A DNA stretch of 41,591 nt, from positions 158,493,121 through 158,534,711 of the forward strand of contig NC_068983.1 of assembly GCF_001194135.2 (NCBI RefSeq), given 5' to 3'. The stretch's first letter is position 1. Every line of letters starts with the position of its first letter. The notes below the pieces were generated by a model. That model had not been told where the DNA came from and made no database searches. It saw only the letters and a program-made list of their open reading frames with translations. This DNA is from Octopus bimaculoides. Lineage: Eukaryota. Of the stretch, positions 12,195-24,940 are shown in pieces. Both the position numbers and the translations under genes were made by a program.

Positions 12195-12430
12195 AATCCT
12201 AAATTTTATTTAATTTGCTTTGCAGGAGCAACTGTTTTATCGAAAACGTATATTGTTGCTAAATGCTCGAAATACGAGAGTAGAAAATCAGCCAACAAGT
12301 GATGAAGGGTCGTTCTTTATGTCGTTTGTTTTGTTTTCCATTTGTGTCTTTCGTTGTTCGAAAGAATAGTTCATGTTCCATGTACCCGTGCTTCGTACCT
12401 TTTTGTTGTACACGTTTCGTGACGTCCTGT
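12195..12430 (+). repeat. Dispersed repeat (family X), homologous to 9500-9700
   Basis: See the 9500-9700 entry. Confidence 0.7.
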
Positions 12431-12730
12431 GCCCACATATGCATATAGATATATATATACGTATAGATGTATGTACATATACGTATGTATATACGCATAT
12501 ATATATATATTTTATATATATATATGTGTGTGTGTGTGTGCGTGTGTAGAAAGAGAGAGAGGGGGGAGTTAGAGAGAGATATTAATATTTGTTTTCATGT
12601 TCACTTATGATAAATACAATTTTACATTAATCTGATGGGTTACTCTATACTTTTGTAGAGTACAAATTTATAATTCTTAAGCAAGAATGTTGTTGACAGT
12701 GACTTCGAAGTTTCGACCAGCTAAGCCATC

Positions 12731-12912
12731 GTTTCAGTCATTTGACTGCAGCCATGCTGGAGTACCGCCTTTAGTCGAACAAATCGATCCTAGGATTTGT
12801 TCTTTGTAAGCCAAGTACTTATTCTATTGGTGTCTTTTGCCGAACTGCTAAGTTTTGGGGACGCAAACACACCAGCAAGGGTTGTCAAGCGATGGTGGGG
12901 GAAAAACACAGA
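12731..12912 (-). mobile_element. SINE family B, 3' part (runs into gap)
   Basis: Reverse complement of 36680-36860. Confidence 0.85.
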
Positions 12913-13176
12913 NNNNNNNNNNNNNNNNNNNNNNNNNNNNNNNNNNNNNNNNNNNNNNNNNNNNNNNNNNNNNNNNNNNNNNNNNNNNNNNNNNNNNNNN
13001 NNNNNNNNNNNNNNNNNNNNNNNNNNNNNNNNNNNNNNNNNNNNNNNNNNNNNNNNNNNNNNNNNNNNNNNNNNNNNNNNNNNNNNNNNNNNNNNNNNNN
13101 NNNNNNNNNNNNNNNNNNNNNNNNNNNNNNNNNNNNNNNNNNNNNNNNNNNNNNNNNNNNNNNNNNNNNNNNNNNN

Positions 13177-13894
13177 TACATACATACATACATACATACG
13201 TACATACGTACATACACAACGATAAAGTATCATAATGCCGGCAAGCGTGCTACTGGGAGTTGGTATAGCCCTAACAAAGTACACTCACTCTTCCCTGATA
13301 TGTCACAAGGGTCTTAGCACACGGGGAACACCCCTTTAAGCAAGCAACACTATATAGTGTGTATATGTTGTGCGTCTGAATGTATTTATGTATGTATGCA
13401 TGCGTGCGGTGAGTGTGCCCAAACAATGCAAGCAATAATAAAAGAACGTTAAGCCAATGGATGATAGACGGAAAACCNNNNNNNNNNATATATATATATA
13501 TATGCGTGCGTGCATCCATACATACAAAATACATGAATGCTTTCATCCACCCATCCGTACGTACGTCTGTAAATCCAGCCATACATACATACATACATAC
13601 ATACATACATACATACGTACATACGTACATACACAACGATAAAGTATCATAATGCCGGCAAGCGTGCTACTGGGAGTTGGTATAGCCCTAACAAAGTACA
13701 CTCACTCTTCCCTGATATGTCACAAGGGTCTTAGCACACGGGGAACACCCCTTTAAGCAAGCAACACTATATAGTGTGTATATGTTGTGCGTCTGAATGT
13801 ATTTATGTATGTATGCATGCGTGCGGTGAGTGTGCCCAAACAATGCAAGCAATAATAAAAGAACGTTAAGCCAATGGATGATAGACGGAAAACC
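13177..13894. repeat. Identical 301-bp direct repeat (13177-13477 = 13594-13894) across a small N gap
   Basis: Base-for-base identity by eye, offset 417; likely assembly overlap. Confidence 0.85.
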
Positions 13895-13989
13895 GCAGCA
13901 GCAGCAACAGCAACAGCAGCTCCAGATACAGCAGTAGCAGCTACAGCAGCTCCAGCTACAACAGCAGCGGCAAGGCAGCAGCAGCAGCT
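13895..13989. repeat. CAG-rich imperfect trinucleotide repeat
   Basis: Direct read. Confidence 0.85.
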
Positions 13990-14723
13990 AAAGAAATAGA
14001 AACACTAGTTTGACGTGGTAGATTTTTGCACTGTGGATTCCCTTTAAGTAGCCAGTGTGTGAGTCTGTTATAACCTCATACAAACTATATGTTTGAATGT
14101 TTGAGAGCAGGGTTCCATTAAAAATGTTTACTTTGTTTTTGTTTTTCTCTTTTTTTCGTTTCGTTATAGTTTCTTCTTTCTCACTGTCGTTACTGCTAAG
14201 GCTGGTAGGAGTCCAACCTTACAAAGGGAAAATGTAAACGAGAACTGGAGGGAAAGTGAGAGTGAGAGTTAAACTTATTTTATTCTTAAAACCTAACGAA
14301 ACCTAGAGGCTATGGTGTCTCTCTAACCTTGAAAAGAACACTGAAGAAGCAGGTAAAGTAAAAAAGATCCCTGGTGATAATTATATCACCATTACCATCA
14401 TCATCATTATTCTTATTATTATTATATTCTTTATTGTCGTCATCATCATTATTTTTGTCGTTGTAAGTCTTTCTAAAACATCATTAACAAATGGTTGAAT
14501 TAGAAAATATATCATGTGTTTCATGAAACTTGGAGTATAAATATAGCTAGTTCTAAAGTACACGTATACTAAAAAATAAATAAATAAATAAATGATAAAC
14601 AAAAGGTAAAAAAAAAAAAGGGATATCATCTTCAAACAAGGTAGGAGGTCAAGAACACCAATTCCCTGTAAAAGATGACGAAAATACTATGGAAGGCAAA
14701 TTTCGGTGTTGTTATTTTTATAG

Positions 14724-14773
14724 AGGCAGTTTCGCTAAGAAGTATTCCCGAAGTAGAAGTATGAGATGGCTTG
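14724..14773 (+). CDS. Candidate small exon (GSFAKKYSRSRSMRWL)
   Basis: Acceptor ttatttttatag, donor gtaagg, only one open frame; its end phase (1) does not join the 18946 exon directly. Confidence 0.2.
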
Positions 14774-15144
14774 GTAAGGGACAAGAGGTTCACTTGTAAT
14801 GTTAGTTCAAAAGTTTGTGGTGGTTTATGATGAGTAAAATGATCGTTACTTCGGCTTCGATGGGATTTTGAAGAGAAGAGCTTCAGCCAACATCACCCAC
14901 ACAATCTCCCCCAATCTCATTCTCTCTCATTCTTCCTCTATATCTCTCTCCCTCTCCTCCTCCCCTCCCCTCCCCCCTCTCTCTCGAACGGACGAAAGAA
15001 CGAACGAGGAGGCCTCTACATGGACAATATATGTAGCCCTAGATACACAAATATACAGGATAGTCGCGACTGGAACGCATTTGATCACCATTCTGCTCGA
15101 TCAGGATGAATTAGATACTGAACATCAACAGTCTACTCCGCCCC

Positions 15145-15188
<44 letters not shown>

Positions 15189-16974
15189 TCTCTCTCACTC
15201 TCTCTCTCTCTCTCTCTCTTTCTCCATCTCTTTCTCTCACACTTACAAACATGCTTTCATATGCACGTTTATATCAAATGCATGAAGATCTTCGTTAAAA
15301 TCAATCACCCTAGCTTGGATTAATGAGTCTCTAAAGAAGATTTAAGTTGATGGAGATGATTCGGGAAGACCACTGATGATTTTTCAAGTTTTCAGAAAGA
15401 TTTGGAATAGATTGTGCTTCGATGTAAAAAAACAAAAAGCTTGGTTGTTTGTTTGCTAAATTGCTGCTAGCCCCACAAAGGTCGATAGGCTGCGATGGTC
15501 AGGATGTGCAGTTAGAATAAAAGAATCGATACTTCCTTGACAAATCGTCTTCAGTGAACTAACCCCCGGGGTAAGACGGCAAGGATGCTTTCTCTGCCAT
15601 TTAAAATTTAAAAAAAAAACGCAGCTAAGGTCAACCTGCTGAGTGGGTAAACTGAAGTTTAGAACCGCTCTAACTGAGGTCACTCTGTGAACACCGGAAC
15701 TAACATTTTGAAACCAAAGAAAAAGAAGAGTAGAAGAACCGATGATTTGTATATTTATTCTTAAAACGTTCCGGCAGATTCGAACACAAATATGTTAGTT
15801 GCAACTAAGTACATTACAGAAAAACAATTTCTCTCTTTTTCGACGACCTCGGCTCATTGATACAAAGGATTCTGGGAACTGCTGTTTTGACATGTATCTC
15901 ATCAGCCAGAAGTACTCGGACGTTTCAGCTTAAACAAGCTACTGGCTTTGTTTTTAATTTCAGCGAACAAACTGTTTCCTGATCAGTGCTGATATCTGCA
16001 ACCGATTTTAAAAAATCGTTATTAGCACTGTGCACGACAAGATGTGAAACAATGATTTTCATATTTATTCTAAGTTGCTGTTATGTACATCACAAACAAT
16101 AACTTCTCCATTTTACGACGACAACGTATTAAGTAGAAGAAAAAAAGCAAAACAGAAAAGAAAAAAAAACGCACGCAGAAAGCACAAGATAACACAACAG
16201 CAACCACAACCTCTTTAAAATCTTTATTGTAAATGTTATTCTCACTTATTTTGCGGTTAGGATTGGCCTCCCATTCACGGGGCATGAAATACAGCCCCAC
16301 CGACGATAACGAGCAATAACAGAGTTATCTCCTATTATCTCCCTGCACAGTAGTGGGGAAAAAAGAAGTTGTTTTGTGTTACTTGTGTCCAGCTTGAAAG
16401 TGTCTTCACTTTAATCTACTTACCAGGACTAGAAAGATAGTCTGAGGGTTATTAAGGGGAAAGATCAACTATTTCTAGGAACGAGGCTAGGAAGATATGA
16501 ATATAAAATGTATATAAAATATATTTTAGGATATTGAGCTGTTTAGAATCCAGAATATTCAATATGATATTTGGGATCATAACTATTCGTGTAATATCTA
16601 AAATTGATATTTCCTATCATATGTGTATGCGTGTGTTTGGGAGCGCGTATGTATATGTATGTGTGAATGTGTGTGTGTGAGTGTGTGTGTATGTGTTGGT
16701 GCGTGCGTGTGTGTGTGTGTGTGTGTGTGTGTCTATGCGTGCGTGTGTGTGTGTGTCTGTGCGTGTGTGTGTTCATTAAAACTGAAGCTTGTCTTTCGAT
16801 TCGAGTTTCTCGCTACTGCTATCTTCAGGCGAAATGACCGCAGTGGTGTGAAACTCAAATCGCGGGACAAACTCTCAGCTTCAGTATTAATTGAAAAAAA
16901 TCCCAGATCCTCTACAACATGTATTGAGCACTACTTTGTCAACTGTCCAACATTAATCAATATATATGTATTAT

Positions 16975-17032
<58 letters not shown>

Positions 17033-17048
17033 TGATAGATAGATAGAT
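16975..17048. repeat. (GATA)n microsatellite
   Basis: Direct read. Confidence 0.95.
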
Positions 17049-17281
17049 ATGTGCATGCGTGTGTGTTTATGTGCCTGTATACGTATGTGTACACAAACAC
17101 ACACGCACGCGCGCGATTTCAGCTAGGTTATTTATCTGGTATTGCATGAACCCAACACTCTCTGAAACGTGTGTAGACGATTAAATAGTTCTAAGTATAT
17201 TTTATGACGCAGGACTATTTATCCAACTTCTTTTCAGTGTTCAAGATTTAAACACTGAAAAGATAGATTTACGGGAGCACG

Positions 17282-17420
<139 letters not shown>

Positions 17421-17880
17421 TGTCTATCTGCTCTTAAGTCTAGCTTAACCACGCGATAAATAGTTACCACTAACATAAGTAGGTAACTTTAAATTAAGTA
17501 CTGAGCTCGATATGATTGACTAAATCCCTTAAAGATGGTGTTCCCGATTGACTGTACTTCAAAGCTGAAAGAACTATAATACAAATGGTGCCGAGAAGCT
17601 CTGGTGTAGCCTTCTACCCAAGTGAGATATTGCTCTCATATTCTTACTGGTTTCAGTCATTGGCGTGCAGTTATGCTGTGGTTTCGCCTACAGTGGTTTA
17701 AGACGATTAATCATATTAACTCTAGTTCTTAATCTGGTACTTATCTATAAGGACTGTGATTATAGAATGGCTCTACCTGGTTTTATTTGTCGAAGGAACG
17801 AAACTCACTACTGAAATACTACAAGGTAGTTTTGTTCAGTATATCAATGGTACACACACAAACACAAACACATACAGAGT

Positions 17881-18036
17881 GCGTTCGAGACATACACACT
17901 TCACGTCTGGCTGTACAGCCTTTTTGTTTGTTTATTTCACCGTTTCGTTTTCCTGTTTTGTTTTCCGTCCGCCACTATCCTCCACGAAAACAATTTAATT
18001 TGTGTTCGTGGGAAGAACCATTTTAACGATGCGTAC
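17881..18036 (+). repeat. 156-bp repeat, paralogous to 24785-24940
   Basis: 3 mismatches in 156 bp. Confidence 0.9.
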
Positions 18037-18945
18037 TGCCTTAATTCTTCGAAACGCCGGAGTTTTAATGGTGGCAGCTGATGAAGGGGATGTTTCTATG
18101 TGGCCTGCTTGTTTGTTGCACCTTGTTTACCATTTTTGTCCTTGTTCTTTTGCCACGTCATGTACCCAGTTATGTATCTATATGTACATGTGGATGAACG
18201 TATATACATACATGNNNNNNNNNNNNNNNNNNNNNNNNNNNNNNNNNNNNNNNNNNNNNNNNNNNNNNNNNNNNNNNNNNNNNNNNNNNNNNNNNNNNNN
18301 NNNNNNNNNNNNNNNNNNNNNNNNNNNNNNNNNNNNNNNNNNNNNNNNNNNNNNNNNNNNNNNNNNNNNNNNNNNNNNNNNNNNNNNNNNNNNNNNNNNN
18401 NNNNNNNNNNNNNNNNNNNNNNNNNNNNNNNNNNNNNNNNNNNNNNNNNNNNNNNNNNNNNNNNNNNNNNNNNNNNNNNNNNNNNNNNNNNNNNNNNNNN
18501 NNNNNNNNNNNNNNNNNNNNNNNNNNNNNNNNNNNNNNNNNNNNNNNNNNNNNNNNNNNNNNCTGAGCTACAAAAGAGTTTTCATATTAATTCAGATAAC
18601 ATTGGAAAGAAACGAATTTATACGACAGCCCAAAACGCACGCACACACACGACGGAATTTCGCACAACTTTCGCGTCTACACAACTCACATTGTGAACAC
18701 AAGAGCTATAGTAGAAGATGCTTGTCTAACGTGATTGGGAAGAGAAATTTTTAATCATGCAGCAATATCTGAACCCGCTAAACCAAACGGCCATTTTGTT
18801 AAAACTGTTTATATTTTCTTTCATTTCTTTAATAATTTAAATGGAAAATGTTTGCATTTAATTTTATTCTTTCTAATGAAACAGTCACTCTTTCATCTCC
18901 TTTAACTTCGTTTGTATAATAAAGCCAATTTTTTTGACATATTAG

Positions 18946-19017
18946 ATTCCAAGTAAAGAAAAACTTTGCTGCTGTTAAAGATGAAGAATATAAACAAGAG
19001 AGTAGAGCTAAAGAGAT
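18946..19017 (+). CDS. Candidate exon of unidentified host gene (FQVKKNFAAVKDEEYKQESRAKE)
   Basis: Acceptor tttttttgacatattag, donor gtaagt, 72 nt, single open frame (phase 2 to 2). Confidence 0.45.
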
Positions 19018-19278
19018 GTAAGTTTTGATCATCGTTCACAGACAGGCTCAGCAGGAATTGGACTATTACGCCTACTCAAACACGACTGGAACCACTGTGA
19101 ATGTTTCCTGTAGACGAGTTGAAAATATTTTAGAAACAGATTTTCAAATTCAGTTGTTGATTTAAGATTTTTATATTTGTGTAAATCCTTTTTGACTTAT
19201 TTTGTATAAGGTCTCTGGTTTCTTTTTTGTACTGAGTTTGAAGGGTGTATGCAAAAATATTCAGGGGTAGTAATGTGC

Positions 19279-19337
<59 letters not shown>

Positions 19338-19616
19338 ATGTATACATATATATGTGTATATGTATATATATATGTGTCTATGTATATTTATATGTAGATG
19401 TAAATATATGTATATATGTGTGTGTGTATATACATNNNNNNNNNNNNNNNNNNNNNNNNNNNNNNNNNNNNNNNNNNNNNNNNNNNNNNNNNNNNNNNNN
19501 NNNNNNNNNNNNNNNNNNNNNNNNNNNNNNNNNNNNNNNNNNNNNNNNNNNNNNNNNNNNNNNNNNNNNNNNNNNNNNNNNNNNNNNNNNNNNNNNNNNN
19601 NNNNNNNNNNNNNNNN

Positions 19617-19647
<31 letters not shown>

Positions 19648-19984
19648 TATGTATGTATGCATGTATATAAGTGTCACATTGATATCAAAATATATTATAG
19701 ACATCTTGCATATGTAGTATACTGGTGGTATTTGTTTTAACGATGAAAGGCAAAGTCAATTAAGATTTGACCTCAGAAAATAAATGAACTGGACCCGCCA
19801 TTTACAAAGTGAGTTTTATTTTGTAAATAAAAAAAGTGTTCACCATTTTCAAAATAACATGTAGGCTTTCTCTAATTACTTTAGATGCTTATATAATTGC
19901 GAGCAGACATAAACACTCTCTTACTTTTCTCACCCTTGACACTACGGATCTTGAAGGATGTGACAGCTGAAGGCTGAGCCACCA

Positions 19985-20103
19985 ATCGGTTGCTGCTCAT
20001 TTCAACTGACTAGGCTAAAGCAAGCGCTGCCACGCTCAGGAACTGAACCTGCGATCTTATGGTTGTGAGGCCTACAGCCTAATCATTAGACTACGCATCT
20101 TCA
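19985..20103 (-). mobile_element. Degenerate SINE family D head
   Basis: Similar to 4620-4768. Confidence 0.5.
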
Positions 20104-20721
20104 CGTTTCCTTCAACGTTTTATTAAAATTAGTCTTTCTGCGATTGTCCGTAAAATACAGATATGGATTGCAGAAATTGGGGGGAAATCATACAAGTGTT
20201 CCGCGACAAAATAAATCTGAGAGCCGCTGGACCAGACTAAATAATATTTGACACAGGAACAGGACGATACATTTTGAGGAGGGTACAGTTAGTCATATGT
20301 ACCTGATGGTTGACAGATATTTCTATCGAGCCCCTAAAGGAAGAAAGGTAACGTTGATCTCAGCGGGATTTGAACTTAGAATGTAAAAGGCTGTATCTGA
20401 CCACCAAAGGTAGTTTGTCCTGTAGTTCTTCGAATTCACCTCTCTGGACTAAATATGGCTAGGTACTTTGGCTAAGTATTTTAGTGCAATATTGATTCTC
20501 TCAATTTTCTAATGTTATTCATTATAAAAAATGATAATAATAAGTAGTGCATTACCGTTTTAAAATGATGGGATTTATTTGATTACAGAGAAAACTATGT
20601 GAATCTAAATCATAGTATAAAAATGTTTCATGTAATAAATATTTTATTGCAACACCCATTGTAAATACTCTTGATATTTATGGCCTTCTATATGTATTTC
20701 CAAGCTAGCCCAATTCTTTCT

Positions 20722-20874
20722 CGTACTCAGAGCAGCACACAGCTGTTAGTGGCCGAAAGGAGGCTGCGGCAGGAACAGAACGACGTTATTAAAAGATTGG
20801 CCCCGTAATTTGTTTATCGTCACTCCAAGACGAATGCCTGGAAAATCTTTCCGTTTCATTAAGGTTGGTAAAAT
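20722..20874 (-). mobile_element. Helitron PIF1-type helicase fragment (C-terminal motifs)
   Basis: LPTLMKRKDFPGIRLGVTINKLRGQSFNNVVLFLPQPPFGH*QLCAALST matches the Helitron consensus RRQFP.RLAFAMTINKSQGQ...VG.YLP.PVFSHGQLYVALSR; contains a stop. Confidence 0.8.
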
Positions 20875-21212
20875 TCTGTTCCCGTTTGTATCTTTATTCG
20901 CAAAGGAAAACAAAATTTGGGATTGAAGCAACTTAAATAATGTAAACATTATCAATATGACATACTCATAAGTATGGGCGTTGTTAAACGTTGTGAAACT
21001 GCAGTACCTCGTCCTTGGGGACTCCTTTAATGACGCATTCTGCTTAAAAACACAGCATACTTCAAAGCGAAGCGAAACAAAATCACTCCGGGAGTGAAAG
21101 AGAGTGACAGATATCGATACCTCGCATTCAATTCCGTTCTTCAGTGCTACACACTCATGCACCTTCTAAACGATCTGTCTCGACCAGCTAGAGGTATGTA
21201 TATAGGCAGCGT

Positions 21213-21601
21213 TCGTTGTTGTTGGCACTCCGTCGCTTACGACATCGAGGGTTCCAGTTGATCCGATCAACAGAACAGCCTGCTCGTGAAGTTAACGTGC
21301 AAGTGGCTGAGCACTTCACAGACACGTGTACCCTTAACGTAGTTCTCGGGGATATTCAGCGTGACACAGTGTGACAAGGCTGACTCTTTGAATTAAAGGC
21401 ACAACAGAAACAGGAAGTAAGAGTGAGAGAAAGTCGTGGTGAAAGAGTACAGCAGGGTTCTCCACCATCCCCTGCCGGAGCCTCGTGGAACTTTAGGTGT
21501 TTTCGCTCAATAAACACGCACAACGCCCGGTCTGGGAATCGAAACCGCGATCCTATGACCGCGTGTCCGCTGCCCTAACCACTAGGCCATTGCGCCTCCA
21601 C
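21213..21601 (-). mobile_element. Full-length SINE family A
   Basis: Reverse complement of 10351-10736; 11-bp TSD ataggcagcgt at 21202-21212 and 21602-21612. Confidence 0.92.
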
Positions 21602-21900
21602 ATAGGCAGCGTAAATGCTAAGTATATCGTATTGATATTGTTTACATTATTTAAGCTGCTTCAAACACAGATTCTAATTTTGTTTTGTTTGTGCGACGCA
21701 TTTGCACATCAGTAAATAACCTTTGTGCTCCTATGAACATTTTTTGCTTAATATATTGAAGACTACTCTGCAGTTACATTTTGACTTCTGTAACTTATTG
21801 CTTGTTGGTGAATCAAAATTAATATGTGTATGTCTATATATATGTGTGTATGTGTGCACGTGTGCATGTATTTGTATTCATATATTAATATGTGTGTTTG

Positions 21901-21931
<31 letters not shown>

Positions 21932-22054
21932 ATGGGGAGAGATTAGATTACATCCGAGAAAACTGGGGCTAAAACATGAGCATACTACGAAGAGAAGACT
22001 AGATAAAATTTTGTTTTTTATTTGTAATAATTGGACTTTAGATATGGTTGGGCA

Positions 22055-22200
22055 CCAACTTGAAGGATTTAGTCGAGCAAATCGACATCAGGACTTTTTT
22101 TAAAGTCTAGTATTTTCTTTTGCCGAACTGCTAAGATAAGGGGACGTAAACAAACCAACACCAGTTGTCAAACAGTGGTGAGAGATAAACACAAACACAT
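22055..22200 (-). mobile_element. SINE family B, 3' part
   Basis: tttagtcgagcaaatcgac, ttttgccgaactgctaag, ggggacgtaaaca motifs. Confidence 0.7.
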
Positions 22201-22324
22201 ACGTACATTCATACATACATACTTACATACATGGACACACACTCATGTGTGTGTATATGAGAGGGGGAGAGAGAGATAGGGAGCGTATGCATGAGAGAGT
22301 GTGCGTGTGTGTGTGTGTGTGTGC

Positions 22325-22420
<96 letters not shown>
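22200..22420. repeat. Compound TACA/GA/TG microsatellite
   Basis: Direct read. Confidence 0.9.
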
Positions 22421-22589
22421 CTCAGGCAACCTGGTTAGAGTATAGTAAGATAATAGGGTTAAGAAGGCAAAGGAGAAGAGTGAAATAAAATAAATTAAAA
22501 TAAAACAAGATAAATACAATAAAAAGTAGTAGAGTACAAGAATGTACTTTCTTGATGAAAGAGCGAAAAATAAGGATTAAGTAAGTCTG

Positions 22590-22740
22590 ATGTTTCCGTC
22601 TACTGAATTCACTCACAAGGCCTTGATCGTGCCAGTACAGGGTCAAAGATATCTGTCCAAAATGCCGCGCAATGGGATTGAACCAGAAACCACATGGCTA
22701 CAAAGCGAGCTTTTTATAACTACACAGCCATACCTGCGAC
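22590..22740 (-). mobile_element. SINE family B, 5' part
   Basis: tttccgtctactgaattcactcacaaggcc...gggattgaacc...accacatgg...acacagcca is the reverse complement of the family B head. Confidence 0.65.
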
Positions 22741-22753
22741 TATATATAAATGT

Positions 22754-23137
22754 GTTGTTGGCACTCCGTCGCTTACGACGTCGAGGGTTCCAGTTGATCC
22801 GATCAACGGAACAGCCTGCTCGTGAAATTAACGTGTATGTGGCTGAGCATTCCACAGACACATGTACCCTTAACGTAGTTCTCGGGGATATTCAGCGTGA
22901 CACAGTGTGACAAGGCTGACCCTTTGAATTGCAGGCACAACAGAAACAGGAAGTAAGAGTGAGAGAAAGTTGTGGTGAAAGGGTACAGCAGGGTTCGCCA
23001 CCATCTCCTGCCGGAGCTTCGTGGAGCTTTACGTGTTGTCGCTCAATAAACACTCACAACGCCCGGTCTGGGAATCGAAACCGCGATCCTATGACCGCGA
23101 GTCCGCTGCCCTAACCACTGGGCCATTGCGCCTCTAC
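22754..23137 (-). mobile_element. Full-length SINE family A (head re-assembled at 23175-23281)
   Basis: Reverse complement of 10351-10736; TSD tatataaat at 22743-22751 and 23283-23291. Confidence 0.88.
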
Positions 23138-23872
23138 TTTNNNNNNNNNNNNNNNNNNNNNNNNNNNNNNNNNNACGTGTTGTCGCTCAATAAACACTCA
23201 CAACGCCCGGTCTGGGAATCGAAACCGCGATCCTATGACCGCGAGTCCGCTGCCCTAACCACTGGGCCATTGCGCCTCTACTTTATATAAATAAGTACCC
23301 TACAAGCTACAATTGTTTTCCACTTGAAGCAACTCCTTTTTCTCTCTCACACATACACACACAGACGTGTGTGTATGTGTGTGTGACTGTTTTTAATTTG
23401 TGCTTAAACTTGCATCATCGCAAGTTTTATATATTATACGAATTTAAAAAAATAAATAAACAGGATCATAGAACACAGCCAAACATATTTAACAATTATG
23501 CTACAGGCATTCTTACTAATTTTATCTCAAGTTTAATCCTACAAGTCTGTGGCATGTCGTCTTCAAATTGAGAAAGACAGCTGCAATGGGATAAAGGTAT
23601 CTTAACAACACATGACATAGATTTACAGGATTATAATCGAAATAAAATTTCACAAAATTTGTTACAGTGCATTAGCATAAACACTTAATGCACTGGAAGG
23701 ACATTGACCATGAGGAGTGTTACTTAGCGCATGATTCTCTCTCTCTTTCTCTTTCTTTCTCGTTATTGCATCTGTCTCTCAATGTGCACGCACACATTAT
23801 TCATGTTTGTGGATGTTTATGCATATATACATGCAGGATGTACATGCATTGCTGCTGAAATGTGAACGCGTG

Positions 23873-23909
<37 letters not shown>

Positions 23910-24319
23910 ATACATTATGTATATATATATGTGCATACGCATGCCTTGGGGTTGAGTGTGTGAGCGCTCACACACGCATAAACATATTTATACACGCATA
24001 AATGTATGTATATATAAACACGCGAGCGTGCACACATAAATATACCTACCTACCTATCCACCCACCTACATACCTACCTACTTACCTACCAACCTACCAA
24101 CCTACCTACCTACCTACATACATGCATACATTTGGAAATATTTTAACTGAGGAAGGTCTTACGTAATGGATGCATTTCGTATTTTATATTACACAGGCAT
24201 GAAACGCACGTATTAAATGATTTAAAATATTATTTCGTTTGAGTGTATTATTACACACACAAACAAGCGTGCGTGCACGCACACACTTGTGCAAAATGTT
24301 TACCTCCCCTCTTTTTTAG

Positions 24320-24371
24320 TTTAAATAATGGAAGATATCAAATACTCCTTTGCTGTAAAGGTTTATACCAG
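24320..24371 (+). CDS. Candidate exon (LNNGRYQILLCCKGLYQ)
   Basis: Acceptor cctcccctcttttttag, donor gtatga; only the phase-2 frame is open and it matches the end phase of 18946-19017. Confidence 0.45.
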
Positions 24372-24429
24372 GTATGAGCACCCTTTCGCGACAAGCGGAT
24401 CGAATGATACACCGCTCATTACCAGGCAG

Positions 24430-24454
24430 GCCGCACTGCTAAAATCATTTCAAG
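24430..24454 (+). CDS. Candidate micro-exon (AALLKSFQ)
   Basis: cag|gcc...caag|gtaaat, phase 0 to 1; bridges the 24371 and 29379 exons but needs a 58-nt intron with a weak pyrimidine tract. Confidence 0.2.
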
Positions 24455-24784
24455 GTAAATTTTCGTTGGCGTGCCATTCAGAAAGTCCTGCAGGCCGCAT
24501 GTTGCTTATGCTTGCACACAAGCAAATGAATTATTATTATTTTTAATGGCTTTCTCATTTGCAATAACGTCCACGATGTAATACGAGAAATTTCCAAAAA
24601 TTGCTCATTTTGGCGCTGTTGGCGAAATCAAATGTGTGAAAGTAGCTTTTAAACACACACACACACATACATCTTAAGCTCTACCTTTTTGATGTATACC
24701 TGTATATTTGTATGTATGTATGTATGTATGTATATATATATATATATATATATACTTCTTTGCCCCTCCTGTTCGTGCTTCACA

Positions 24785-24940
24785 GCGTTCGAGACATACA
24801 CACTTCACGTCTGCCTGTACAGCCTTTTTGTTTGTTTATTTCACCGTTTCGTTTTCCTGTCTTGTTTTCCGTCCGCCACTACCCTCCACGAAAACAATTT
24901 AATTTGTGTTCGTGGGAAGAACCATTTTAACGATGCGTAC
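24785..24940 (+). repeat. 156-bp repeat, paralogous to 17881-18036 (runs into gap)
   Basis: 3 mismatches in 156 bp. Confidence 0.9.

Noticed and set aside
13895-13989. CAG tract as a polyQ/polyA coding exon
   Set aside because: No splice sites or start in context, and it follows a duplicated non-coding block.
15240-15440. Possible CR1/L2 RT remnants (LAWINESL, FQKDLE*IVLRC)
   Set aside because: Too short and degenerate to call without an HMM search.
16800-16835. Minus-strand CUGAAGA...GAAAC
   Set aside because: Stem II has only 2 bp and stems I and III do not form.
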